Origin: Thermoplasmata archaeon
Lineage (GTDB): Archaea; Thermoplasmatota; Thermoplasmata; Lutacidiplasmatales; UBA184
Direction: 5' to 3'
NCBI GenBank assembly: GCA_021791335.1
Contig: JAJYWS010000005.1
Span: forward strand, 1 to 55,161
DNA: 55,161 bases
Shown piece after piece: positions 8,607-17,402 of this stretch. The translations under genes and the position numbers were made by a program. The notes under the pieces are model-generated. The model did no database searches and was not told the DNA's origin. It saw only the letters and a program-made list of their open reading frames with translations. Positions within the stretch are counted from its first letter, which is position 1. Each line of letters begins with the position of its first letter.

Positions 8607-10131
8607 CGACCTCCGCGCCCAGCCCGAACCGGTCGTCGAGCGGCCGGACCACCTTTTCGAGGAGCCGCTCCCGGCCGGCGGCCCCGAACCGGGGGGGCAG
8701 GTGGAGCGAGAGCCGCCGTCCGCCCCGGACCGGGGTCGCCCGGACCCCCAGATCGGTGAGCGTCGCCGCGACCCGCACGAGGGTGCCGAGAAGGCCGGCC
8801 GTTTTAAGGCTAGTTCCGTCCAGCAGCGGCCGCCACTCCCGCCGGACCCCCTCCGGCAGGTCGTCTTCCCGGGCCATGACCGCGAGCGCGGCGAGGCCGA
8901 TCGACCGGTGGGAGAGCCCGAGGTGGGGGAGGTGGCGCAGCAGGTAGGAGGAGTGCCGCTCCTGCCGCCAGTCGTCGACGACCCGGCCGAGGTCGTGGAG
9001 GACGGCGGCGGTCGCGAGCGCCATCCGCTCCTCGTCGCCCCACCCGCGCCGCCGGGCGACGGCGTCGTAGAGCCGCTCGGCGAGCGCCCGGACCTTGAAG
9101 TGCCGGGGCACCAGCGGTCCGAAGGTCATCCCGATCGAGTCGAGCGACCGGTCGAGCAGCGTGTCGGCGGAAGCGGGGACGGGGATCCGGGCGAACTCGA
9201 CGAGCAGCCCCTCCCGGATCCCGTGCCCGCTCACCAGGATCCGGTCGAGCCCCGTCCAGTCGAGGAGGCATCGGAACGTCTCGAGGCCGGCCGGGAGGAC
9301 CTCGGCCCGGGACCGGCCGATGCCCGGGAGCGCCCGGCGCCGCTCGGCGGCCATGGGGTGGAGGATCTCGCCGAGCGCCTCGAGATCGCTGCGGTGGAGC
9401 TCGAATCCGTGGGCCTGGGGCAGCGGGTACCCCCTCAGCTGGACGACGGCCCGGGCGAGCGCCCGGCCGGTGCCCCCGACCGCGATCAGCCGCCGGGCGC
9501 CGCGCAGACGCCGGACGGTCTCGAGCCGCGCCTCGACCTCGTCGGCGAGCCGCCGACGCTCCTTGGGCAGCGGCGGATCGTGCTCGAAGAAGCGGTCGGA
9601 GAGCCGCTGGGCCCCGAGCGGCAGCGAGACCGCCTCCCCGAACCGCCCGCCGCGGACCCGGACCAACTGGAGCGATCCGCCGCCCAGATCGGCGATGAGG
9701 TCGCGGTCGAGCGGCCAGGCGGCGGCGACCCCGAGATAGCCGTAGTACGCCTCCTCCGACCCCGAGAGCACCCGCAGCCGGAGGCCGGTCCGGCGCCGGA
9801 CCGCCTTCCGGAACCGGTCTTGGTTCGGCGCGTCCCGGACCGCGCTGGTCGCGACGGCCCGGACCGGCGGGTTCCCGAGCTCCTTCAGGTCCCGGGCGAA
9901 CCGGTCGAGCGCCTGGAGCCCCCGGTCGACCGCCCCCGGGCTCAAGCTGCCGTCGTCGGCGACCTGCCGGCCGAGCCTCGGGACCTCCTTCGCCCGGAAG
10001 ACGACCCTGAACCCGCCGTGGGCCCCGACCTCGTAGACGGCGAGCCGGGCCGTGTGGGAGCCGACGTCGATCACGGCCGCACGGCCGACCCGGATCCGCC
10101 GGACCGACCGGGGCGATCTCCCTCCGGTCAC
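8596..10131 (-). CDS. ppx: Ppx/GppA exopolyphosphatase with C-terminal HD domain
   Basis: IDVGSHTARL, ATSAVRDAPN, EEAYYGY, DLGGGSLQL, GGTGRALA, GIREG and LHDLG. Confidence 0.9.
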   Translation of the reverse strand: MTGGRSPRSVRRIRVGRAAVIDVGSHTARLAVYEVGAHGGFRVVFRAKEVPRLGRQVADDGSLSPGAVDRGLQALDRFARDLKELGNPPVRAVATSAVRDAPNQDRFRKAVRRRTGLRLRVLSGSEEAYYGYLGVAAAWPLDRDLIADLGGGSLQLVRVRGGRFGEAVSLPLGAQRLSDRFFEHDPPLPKERRRLADEVEARLETVRRLRGARRLIAVGGTGRALARAVVQLRGYPLPQAHGFELHRSDLEALGEILHPMAAERRRALPGIGRSRAEVLPAGLETFRCLLDWTGLDRILVSGHGIREGLLVEFARIPVPASADTLLDRSLDSIGMTFGPLVPRHFKVRALAERLYDAVARRRGWGDEERMALATAAVLHDLGRVVDDWRQERHSSYLLRHLPHLGLSHRSIGLAALAVMAREDDLPEGVRREWRPLLDGTSLKTAGLLGTLVRVAATLTDLGVRATPVRGGRRLSLHLPPRFGAAGRERLLEKVVRPLDDRFGLGAEVDAR

Positions 10132-10153
10132 CGGCTCCCGGAGGCGGTCCGGC

Positions 10154-10204
10154 GGATAAACCCGGCCGCCGCGGCCGGTCGGCGCCCGGGCGAGCGGTTG
10201 ATAT
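10154..10204. promoter_or_regulatory. Divergent TATA boxes for ppx (minus) and trmI (plus)
   Basis: ATAAA at 10156-10160 (TTTAT on minus) is 25 nt from GTG10131; TTGATAT at 10198-10204 is ~23 nt before ATG10227. Confidence 0.55.
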
Positions 10205-10226
10205 GGAGCGCCGCGGTCGGTCGGGC

Positions 10227-11006
10227 ATGGCGAGCGGTCCCCGTCCGTTCCGGGAGGGGGAGTGGGTCCTGCTGGACGGCGAGGGGGTCGATCCGATCCT
10301 GGCCCCGGTGCGCGCCGGGACCCAGACGATCGACCGCTCGACCTCGATCGACCTCACCGGGCTCATCGGCGCGCTCCCGGGGACCCGCTTCGCCTGGCTC
10401 GGGGTCGCCTACACCGCCGTGCGGCCCAGCCTCGCCGACCGGCTCGCCCGGCTCAAGCGGGGCGCGCAGATCGTCACCGGGAAGGACGCGGCCCAGATCG
10501 TCTTCCGGGCCGGGATCGGCCCGGGTGCGTCGGTCGCGGAGGCGGGATCGGGCAGCGGGGCCCTGACCCTGGCGCTCGCCCACGCCGTCGGTCCGATGGG
10601 CACGGTCGTCTCCTACGACCGCCGGCCCGACTTTCTCCGGGCGGCCCGGGCCAACGTCGCGGCCGCCGGCTGGGCGGAGCGCGTCCGGTTCGTCGAACGC
10701 GACGTGGTCGCCGACGGCCTCGACACCGAGGGGCTCGATGCGGTGATCCTCGACCTCCCGGAGCCCTGGCAGGTCGTCGCGGCGGCCCGGTCCGCGCTCG
10801 TTCCGGGGGGCTATCTCGTCACCTACAGCCCGACCTACAACCAGCTCGAACGGTCGGTCCGGGAGATGCGGTCGGCCGGCTTCGGCCCGGTCGACGCCGA
10901 GGAGGTCCTGGTCCGGGCCCTCCACGTCGGGGAGGGCGGCACCCGGCCCGACTTCGAGATGCTCGGCCACACCGGCTTCCTCGGTTTCGGGCGGCGGAGG
11001 CGGTAG
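10227..11006 (+). CDS. trmI: tRNA (adenine57/58-N1)-methyltransferase
   Basis: KRGAQIVTGKDAAQI, EAGSGSGALT, ILDLPEPW, YSPTYNQL and TRPDFEMLGHTGFL. Confidence 0.92.
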   Translation: MASGPRPFREGEWVLLDGEGVDPILAPVRAGTQTIDRSTSIDLTGLIGALPGTRFAWLGVAYTAVRPSLADRLARLKRGAQIVTGKDAAQIVFRAGIGPGASVAEAGSGSGALTLALAHAVGPMGTVVSYDRRPDFLRAARANVAAAGWAERVRFVERDVVADGLDTEGLDAVILDLPEPWQVVAAARSALVPGGYLVTYSPTYNQLERSVREMRSAGFGPVDAEEVLVRALHVGEGGTRPDFEMLGHTGFLGFGRRRR

Positions 11007-11768
11007 ATGGTCGACGCCTCGCTGTCCCTCGGGGCGGTCGTCGGGGTGCTGCTCTCGGGGGGGTTCGTCTACTACGAGGTCGGCCGGTTCGCGACCCCCC
11101 AGGTGGAGGAGACCCGGTTCAACGAGCGCCGGGCGATCTTCGCCTATACGGGCGGGTTGTTCGTCGGGGTCCCGCTGGCGATCTTCCTCCTCCTCTTCCT
11201 GACGTCGACGGGGAACGGCGCCTGGCCGGGCGCGATCCTCTTCCTCGGCCTCCTCCTGGCGGTCGGGGAGGGGGCCGAGTGGGGGCTCCTGCGGAGCCGC
11301 TACTTCGGCACCGGGCCGGCCGGCCCGTTCTACGCGCTCGCGTTCCGGGCCGGGGTCGCGGCGATCCTCATCCTCGCGATCATGGCCCAGGTGCTGGGCG
11401 CCCCGACGCTGAGCGCCCCCGCGATCGGCCTCGCCCTCGGCCAGTCGCTGGCCCTCCTCGCCTTCGGCGCGATGGGCGCATTGATGAGCCTGCCCGGCCG
11501 CTACCGCTCCGACCGACGGGCGACGCCGATCCTCTCGGTCGCGCTGGGGGGGTTCGGCTACCTGCTGATCGCCTTCCCCACCTTCAGCGGGCCGGCGGTG
11601 GGCGCCGCGGCCCTGGGGGTGGGCATCGTCGGCGCGGGCTACCTCTACCTGCAGCAGCGACCGCTCCTCGCGACGATCCCGCCGCCGTCGGGCCCGGCCG
11701 CCCGGCCGGGGGTCGGCGCCCCCGGTTCCCGGTACGGGCGGACCGAGCCGCCGCCGCGGCGGCCGTAG
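11007..11768 (+). CDS. Hypothetical multi-pass membrane protein
   Basis: About 7 hydrophobic segments; starts immediately after the trmI stop; typical codon bias. Confidence 0.75.
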   Translation: MVDASLSLGAVVGVLLSGGFVYYEVGRFATPQVEETRFNERRAIFAYTGGLFVGVPLAIFLLLFLTSTGNGAWPGAILFLGLLLAVGEGAEWGLLRSRYFGTGPAGPFYALAFRAGVAAILILAIMAQVLGAPTLSAPAIGLALGQSLALLAFGAMGALMSLPGRYRSDRRATPILSVALGGFGYLLIAFPTFSGPAVGAAALGVGIVGAGYLYLQQRPLLATIPPPSGPAARPGVGAPGSRYGRTEPPPRRP

Positions 11769-11834
11769 CCGGGGGTCGGCCCCCCCGCGCGCCGTTCCAT
11801 ACCTTCTTATTTGCCGGGTCATCCCGCCTACCGT

Positions 11835-12260
11835 ATGTCGGCCGGTCCCTCGCCGAGGAAGTGGAGCCGTCGGTGGGAGGAGGGGCTCCGGACGTACCGG
11901 GCGCTCGTCGCCGACTTCATCCTCGCCGTCGGCATCTTCCTGACGGTCCTGGTGGTCGGCTACTTCACCCCCCTCTCGACCGTCGGGCCGTTCCCGGCGA
12001 TCAACGCGGTGACCGCGACGCCGACGACGAACTACAACCTCCTCTTCGCGGTCCTCGGACCGATCCTCGTCATCATCGGCGGGTACATGGCCGGGGCGTA
12101 CTACTTCGCCCGGCTCCAGTTCGAGCACCTCATGCGGACCCGCAGCAAGGCCGAGTTCCTCCGCAACATCCCCGAGCTGGAGGAGGCGCTCGCCGAGCTC
12201 ACCCCCGCGGATGAGCTCCGCTACGCCCAGCGGCTCGGGGAGCTCCGCATCCGGCGCTGA
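11835..12260 (+). CDS. DUF3198-like membrane protein
   Basis: Two TM helices then FEHLMRTRSKAEFLRNIPELEE, resembling the Thermoplasmata DUF3198 family; TTATTT at 11807-11812 upstream of ATG11835. Confidence 0.65.
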   Translation: MSAGPSPRKWSRRWEEGLRTYRALVADFILAVGIFLTVLVVGYFTPLSTVGPFPAINAVTATPTTNYNLLFAVLGPILVIIGGYMAGAYYFARLQFEHLMRTRSKAEFLRNIPELEEALAELTPADELRYAQRLGELRIRR

Positions 12261-12310
12261 CGCGAGGGCCGGGCCCCGCGATTTAAGTATTCCGCGCCCC
12301 TCGACGGGAG

Positions 12311-13210
12311 GTGGCCGCCGCGCCCCCTGCCGCCCCGAAGGAGGAGATCCTCTACCGGAGGCTCCGCAAGCCCGAGGAGTTCCGGCAGGTGGAGGAGCTC
12401 CAGCGGAAGATCTGGGGGCACCGCGACGAGCCCACCCTCTCCCCCGGGCTCCAGCGGGCGGTCCAGGACAACGGCGGGATCGTGATCGGCGCCTTCGTCG
12501 ACATCTACCTGGTCGGGTTCACCTTCGGCTTCATCGGGTGGGACGGCCAGACGCTCTACCACTACTCCCACCTGACCGGGGTCCGGCCCGAGTACCAGCA
12601 TCACGGCGTCGGGTTCCGGCTGAAGCTCGCCCAGCGCGACGAGGTGGTCGCCTCGGGGCTCCCCCAGATCCGGTGGAACTTCGATCCGCTGCAGAGCCGC
12701 AACGCGAACCTGGCGCTCCGCAAGCTCGGCGCCCGGCCGGACCGCTACATGGTCCATTACTACGGCCAGATCTCCGACCGGGTCCACGAGGGGCAGGAGA
12801 CCGACCGGCTGCGGGCGGTCTGGACCCTCGAGGAGCCCCGGGTGGTCGAGCGGATCGGCGGCCGCCGGCCCTCCCGGGAGGAGGAGCTCACCCGCTGGGA
12901 GCAGGCGAAGCCGCTCCTCGAGACCGAGGAGGGGCCGAGCGGACTCCGCCGGCCGGTCGCGGTCGAGGAGCCGTCGGGCCGGGGGGAGGCGGTGCTCGAG
13001 ATCCCGTTCGACCTCGCGGTCCTCCAGGAGCACGACCCGGAGTCGGTCCGGCGCTGGCGGCATGCCGTCCGCGACGCGTTCCGGGCCGCCTTCGACCTCG
13101 GGTGGACGGTCGACGACTTCGCCGTCGTCCGCAAGGAGCACGAGCGCCGGGCGGGCTACATCCTCCGCCCCCCCGCGCCGACGGCGTTGGTTCCGCCCAA
13201 CGGGAATTGA
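12311..13210 (+). CDS. GNAT-family acyltransferase (COG3375-like)
   Basis: GGIVIGAF, YHYSHLTGVRPEYQHHGVGFRLKLAQR, WNFDPLQSRNANL..RKLGA, YYG and TDRL; TTTAA at 12282-12286 upstream. Confidence 0.85.
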   Translation: MAAAPPAAPKEEILYRRLRKPEEFRQVEELQRKIWGHRDEPTLSPGLQRAVQDNGGIVIGAFVDIYLVGFTFGFIGWDGQTLYHYSHLTGVRPEYQHHGVGFRLKLAQRDEVVASGLPQIRWNFDPLQSRNANLALRKLGARPDRYMVHYYGQISDRVHEGQETDRLRAVWTLEEPRVVERIGGRRPSREEELTRWEQAKPLLETEEGPSGLRRPVAVEEPSGRGEAVLEIPFDLAVLQEHDPESVRRWRHAVRDAFRAAFDLGWTVDDFAVVRKEHERRAGYILRPPAPTALVPPNGN

Positions 13211-13276
13211 CCGAAGGTTTATCATCCCACCCGCGGCTCTCGGGGTCCAGGGGGCGGTCTCCCCGGGAACGAAACC

Positions 13277-13921
13277 ATGTCCTTCATCGACAATTTGGGA
13301 ATCGAGCTCGATGCGCTGATCCTGGTCACGGCGGTGCTGTTCTACACCGCGATCTGGTCGTGGTACCTGGGCCGGGAGAACCGCGCCGCGGTGGAGGGCC
13401 AGTTGCGGGGCGGCTCCTGGATGCTCGGCGCGCTCGGGGGCTTCCTGCTGCTCCTCGGGCTCTGGGGGGAGTTCACCTGGCCCCTGCCGGCGGCCTACAA
13501 CATGCTGTTCTACGACCCGACGGTCCTGATCGGGCTCGTCCTCCTCGGCTTCTTCGGCGCGATCCGCTTCGGGCTGCCGACGCACTACGTCGGGGTCTTC
13601 GCCTTCGTTTCGGGCTGGGGGGTCATCTACTACGGCCTGCGCGCCTACCAGCTCGGCCTGACGACCGAACCGTTCGACATGATGGGCATGTTCGTCGCGT
13701 TCGGATCGATGGCCGTGCTCGCGCTCCCCGTGACCCTCTACCTGGACCTCTACGTCCTGAACCGCCTCAACCTGGGGTCGAAGGGGACGTCGACCCCGGC
13801 GTATCCGATGGCCTGGAACCTCCTCATCGGCCTCTTCCTCCTCGTGGCGGTCGTCGCCGGGGTCGCTTCGATCCTGATGGGCTTCAACACCGTCTGGAGC
13901 CACCTCGCCTCCCCGCCCTGA
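13277..13921 (+). CDS. DUF981-family membrane protein
   Basis: MSFIDNL, WPLPAAYNMLFYDP and YGLRAYQLGLTTEP; ~6 TM helices. Confidence 0.75.
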   Translation: MSFIDNLGIELDALILVTAVLFYTAIWSWYLGRENRAAVEGQLRGGSWMLGALGGFLLLLGLWGEFTWPLPAAYNMLFYDPTVLIGLVLLGFFGAIRFGLPTHYVGVFAFVSGWGVIYYGLRAYQLGLTTEPFDMMGMFVAFGSMAVLALPVTLYLDLYVLNRLNLGSKGTSTPAYPMAWNLLIGLFLLVAVVAGVASILMGFNTVWSHLASPP

Positions 13922-13983
13922 TCGAACGCCGCGGGGCCGGGCCCCCCGCAAAAGAGCATAACCCCGGCCCGGGTACCTAGGGC

Positions 13984-14910
13984 ATGGCGCCGGACCGCCC
14001 CGCGCTGCCCCGGACCCTCCGGGCCGGGATCCTGCTGCTCGTCGGCGTCGGGGTCGCCGTCGGCCTGGCCGCCGCCTTCCTGCGCTCCCCGGCGAGCCCG
14101 GGCGCCGGGCCGGCCCCCTCGCCGTCGACGACCCTCCTCCTGAGCCCGCTCCTCATCGGCGCCGGGATCGTCGGGGTCTGCCTCGCCGCGCTCGTCTTCT
14201 TCCTCGTCTACCAGTTCCGGCAGGGCCGCTCGCCGTTTCCGGCCCAGGTGGTCGTCGGCTTCATCCTGGTCCTGCTCCTCCTGGTCGGCTTCGTCGCGTT
14301 GAGCCACCTCTTCACCGGCACGACCGCGCCGTCCGGCAACTCGACCGCCCCGGCCTCCTCGAACCAGACCGGGAGCTCCCCGACCAACACGACCCACGGC
14401 ATCCTGACCGGACCGGGCGGTTCGATCCAGACGCTCGGGCTCACGATCCCCGTCTGGCTGTTGGGGGTGCTCGCGGCGATCGCGGCGATCGCCGTGGGCT
14501 ATGTGGCGTTGCCGTGGGTGACCTCGCTGCGGAGCCGCGCCCAGGGGGAGGCGGACCCCGCCCGGGGCCCGAGCCGGACCGAGCTCCGCCGGATCCTGTC
14601 CCGCTCCCTGGCGGAGATCACCGAGACGCCGGCCGATCCCCGCCCGGCGATCATCGAACTGTACGGCCGGCTCCTCGGCCTGCTCGGACCGATGGTGGGC
14701 GGGGTCGACTTCGACACCCCCACGGAGATCCAGCTTCGGCACCTCACCCGACTCGGCGTGGGGGCGGCGACCGCCGAGTCGCTGACCCGGCTCTTCGAGA
14801 TCGCCCGGTACTCCTCCCAGCCGCTCGGCGCCGACGACCGGGAGCGGGCCCGGGTCGCGATCGCGGAGGCGATGCACGAGTTGGACCGGGCCGGGGCGGT
14901 GCCGGGATGA
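13984..14910 (+). CDS. DUF4129-domain membrane protein (MoxR-associated)
   Basis: TM segments, a Ser/Thr/Asn-rich linker, and C-terminal DPRPAIIELY...TPTE...LTRLFEIARYSSQPL. Confidence 0.8.
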   Translation: MAPDRPALPRTLRAGILLLVGVGVAVGLAAAFLRSPASPGAGPAPSPSTTLLLSPLLIGAGIVGVCLAALVFFLVYQFRQGRSPFPAQVVVGFILVLLLLVGFVALSHLFTGTTAPSGNSTAPASSNQTGSSPTNTTHGILTGPGGSIQTLGLTIPVWLLGVLAAIAAIAVGYVALPWVTSLRSRAQGEADPARGPSRTELRRILSRSLAEITETPADPRPAIIELYGRLLGLLGPMVGGVDFDTPTEIQLRHLTRLGVGAATAESLTRLFEIARYSSQPLGADDRERARVAIAEAMHELDRAGAVPG

Positions 14911-15314
14911 ACTGGACCGGGGGGGCGATGGTCGGCGTCGCCGCCGCCCTCGCGGCGCTCGCCGTGGATCTGGGCGCCCATGCCGCGGCGGCCGGCGCGG
15001 CGGGCGCAGGGGCCATCGCCCTGGCCACCGTCGGCATCCTGCTCCTCGCCGATGCCCCACCGACCGTCCCGGGGTCGGCCGGCGGGTTGAATCTCCGGGC
15101 CTCCGACCGGTTCTACCACCGCGACGCGTTCCACCTGACTCCGCTCGGCCGGGAGCGGATCCTCTCGACCCTCGACCGGCTCGACCGGCGCGCGGGCCGG
15201 CCGGGCGCCGCCGATCCTTCCGGCGACCGGCTCGAGACCCTGCGCCGACTTCCCCCGGACCGGTTCCGGGAGTACGTGCGCGGCCGGATCGAAGCGTTGG
15301 AAGACGGATCGTGA
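14907..15314 (+). CDS. Small MoxR-cluster membrane protein, hypothetical
   Basis: ATGA overlap with the upstream gene and GTGA overlap with the DUF58 gene; two N-terminal TM helices. Confidence 0.65.
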   Translation: MNWTGGAMVGVAAALAALAVDLGAHAAAAGAAGAGAIALATVGILLLADAPPTVPGSAGGLNLRASDRFYHRDAFHLTPLGRERILSTLDRLDRRAGRPGAADPSGDRLETLRRLPPDRFREYVRGRIEALEDGS

Positions 15315-16612
15315 GCGCCCTCCGGTCGACGCGCCCGGACGGCTGGTCGTTCCGGGCGGTGTGGCTGTTCGCGGGGGGCGGGATCCTGGCCGCCGCGGCC
15401 GTGGCCCTGGGCGATCCGACGCCGCTCTTCGCGGCGGTCCCGCTCCTGGTCGCCCCGCTGGTCGTCGCCCTGCTCCTGCCGCCCGAGGCGCCCAAGGTTC
15501 GGGCCGCCTGGACGACCGATCGGGCCGGGGCCGAGCCGACGCTTAGGCTGGATTGGAGCCCCGATCCCGGGATCGATCCGGACGACCTCCGCTGGGTGCT
15601 TCCCGAGCCGAGGCCGGGACGTTGGAGTCCCGACCGGTCCGCCGAACCGTCGGGACCGGGGTGGAGCGCCCGCTTCCGGGTTCGACTCGGAACGCCGACG
15701 GTGGCGGAGGTGCCGCTGCCCGAATTCGCCTGGGAGGATCCGATCGGGCTCTACCATCGGGCGGCGACGGTCGAGGGGGCAGCGCTGGTCGTCGAGTGGT
15801 ACCCCCCGACGTTCGCGCGGTCCGGCAATCTCCGATTGCACCGGACGGTCCCGCGGCCGGGCGAGGTCCGCTCCCGGGCCGTCGGTCCGTCGGGGGAGTT
15901 CTACGGCCTCCGGGAGGCCGGCCCCCGGGACGGCCCGCGGCAGATCAACTGGCGGGCGACGGCCCGGCTCGGCCGGCCGGTGGCCAACGACTACGCGGTC
16001 GACCGCACGGGGGATGTGGTCCTGCTGCTGGATCTCCGCTCGACGCCCCTCGGACCCGACGGGGACGCCCAGGTGGCGTCGGTCCTCCGGGCCGGGGCGC
16101 TCGCGCTGACCGACCTCTTCCTGCGGGATCGCGCCCGGGTCGCGGTCGCGCTCTACCGGGAGTTCCTGGAGGCGACGCCGCTCGCCGCCGGTCGCCACCA
16201 GAGGTTCCGGATCCGGGAGCGGCTGATCGCCCCCGTCCCCCGGGGGCCCGACGGCCCCGATGAGCGGTGTGCGGTCTCGATGCGCCGGCACTACCCGGGC
16301 GGGGTGACCACGATCCTCCTGACCCCGCTCGCGTCACCGGATCCCCGGCCGCTGGTCCTCCACCTGAGGCGCCGGGGGTTTCCGGTGATCCTCCTGAGCC
16401 CCTCGCCGATGGCGCTCGAGCATGACCGGGCCGGACTCTCGGACGCCGCGCTCGACCTGGCCGACCGGCTCGACCGGCTCGCCCGGCGGGAGACGGTCGC
16501 CGCGCTCTGGGCGGAGGCGCCGACCATCGACTGGGACCGGTTCGACTCCCTGGAGCCGCTGCTGGAGTTCCTCCGCCGACCGGGGCTCCGCGGCCCCCGG
16601 AGGGTCGGATGA
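15311..16612 (+). CDS. DUF58 (vWA-like) MoxR partner protein
   Basis: GEFYGLREAGPRDGPRQINWRATAR, VVLLLDLR and DRARVAV. Confidence 0.9.
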   Translation: MSALRSTRPDGWSFRAVWLFAGGGILAAAAVALGDPTPLFAAVPLLVAPLVVALLLPPEAPKVRAAWTTDRAGAEPTLRLDWSPDPGIDPDDLRWVLPEPRPGRWSPDRSAEPSGPGWSARFRVRLGTPTVAEVPLPEFAWEDPIGLYHRAATVEGAALVVEWYPPTFARSGNLRLHRTVPRPGEVRSRAVGPSGEFYGLREAGPRDGPRQINWRATARLGRPVANDYAVDRTGDVVLLLDLRSTPLGPDGDAQVASVLRAGALALTDLFLRDRARVAVALYREFLEATPLAAGRHQRFRIRERLIAPVPRGPDGPDERCAVSMRRHYPGGVTTILLTPLASPDPRPLVLHLRRRGFPVILLSPSPMALEHDRAGLSDAALDLADRLDRLARRETVAALWAEAPTIDWDRFDSLEPLLEFLRRPGLRGPRRVG

Positions 16613-17124
16613 AGCTCGTGCGGATCCCGATGAACCTGCTCGCGGGGACCGCCCTCCTCGCCGCGGTCCTCGGGGGGGCCACGCTGCTGGGGCGGTTTTC
16701 CCCGGTTTGGGAGATCGCGGGGGTCGCCGCCGGTCTCGCGGCCGCGCTGGCCGCCCAGCTCCACCCCGTGGGCCGGGCCACCGAGCTTCCCCTCATCCTC
16801 TGGATGCTGACCGTCGGAGGGGTGGCGGTCGTCCTGCCGGCGACCCTCCCGGGGGAGGCGGCCGCCGGGGCGTGCGGGATCGCCCTGCTCGGCGGGCTGC
16901 TCCTCTCGAGAGCCGCCTCGCGGCGGGAGCTTCGACGGGCGGGGGTCTTCCTCGGCCTCCCGGCGCTCGTGGTCGCGCTGGCCCTCTTCCTCTCCACGAC
17001 CACGGTCGGGGGGCTGGACCGGATCGGCTGGAGCGCGCTGCTGGTCGTCGCGGCCGTCGCGGCCGCGCTGTACTTCTGGCGGATCCCCGGGCGCCGGCCC
17101 GGGCCCTCGCAGACAAGCTCATAG
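16609..17124 (+). CDS. Hypothetical membrane protein of the MoxR cluster
   Basis: Highly hydrophobic (5-6 TM); ATGA overlap with the DUF58 gene. Confidence 0.7.
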   Translation: MKLVRIPMNLLAGTALLAAVLGGATLLGRFSPVWEIAGVAAGLAAALAAQLHPVGRATELPLILWMLTVGGVAVVLPATLPGEAAAGACGIALLGGLLLSRAASRRELRRAGVFLGLPALVVALALFLSTTTVGGLDRIGWSALLVVAAVAAALYFWRIPGRRPGPSQTSS

Positions 17125-17365
17125 TCGGATCGGGACTGGGGGGGAGGATGCGGCCCAACGCCGCATCCGAATGCCGACGAAGGGTCCCTCCCGACCCGAC
17201 GCGGACGGGTCGTCCGCAGGGGATGAATCGAGGACAACCCCGGTGTCCGACACCCCCGGCCGGGGTCAGACCGCGGAGAGGGCAGAGCCTGCGGTGAGGC
17301 GGACTCGTTACGGCCGGGGAATACCCGGGCGCTAGGGCTCCGGCCCGGAGCCCCAGGGGGGGCCC
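17110..17365. ncRNA. Candidate structured non-coding RNA or non-autonomous element of unknown family
   Basis: Longest intergenic gap in the window. Nested stems: 17124-35/17189-200 (11 of 12 pairs), 17146-54/17160-68 (9 bp), 17214-20/17288-94 (7 bp), 17237-43/17260-66 (7 bp), 17314-18/17324-28 and 17335-43/17345-53. Strand and ends uncertain. Confidence 0.45.
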
Positions 17366-17373
17366 CGTATCCT

Positions 17374-17382
17374 GCTTTATCC
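17374..17382 (+). promoter_or_regulatory. TATA box for moxR
   Basis: CTTTATC with TTTAT at 17376-17380, ~23 nt before ATG17403. Confidence 0.55.
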
Positions 17383-17402
17383 ACCGGCGGTTTGGGGAGC
17401 CG

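Noticed and set aside
17110..17190. TPP-riboswitch-like (AATGCCGACGAAGGG) and FMN-riboswitch-like (ATAGTCGGATCGGGA) fragments
   Set aside because: The other required conserved elements are absent (UGAGA and CCUGA for TPP; AGGGC..GGUGAAAUUCC for FMN), and the downstream gene is moxR with its own promoter.
17094..17348. 9-bp direct repeat CCGGCCCGG flanking the insert as a possible target-site duplication
   Set aside because: An all-GC 9-mer is expected by chance here, and no terminal inverted repeats accompany it.
17125..17365. RNase P RNA, SRP RNA or group I intron identity for the structured insert
   Set aside because: I found no GAGGAAAGUCC or ACAGAA..GGCUUA (RNase P), no GCCAGGCCCGGAAGGGAGCA (SRP helix 8), and no correctly ordered P/Q/R/S elements on either strand.
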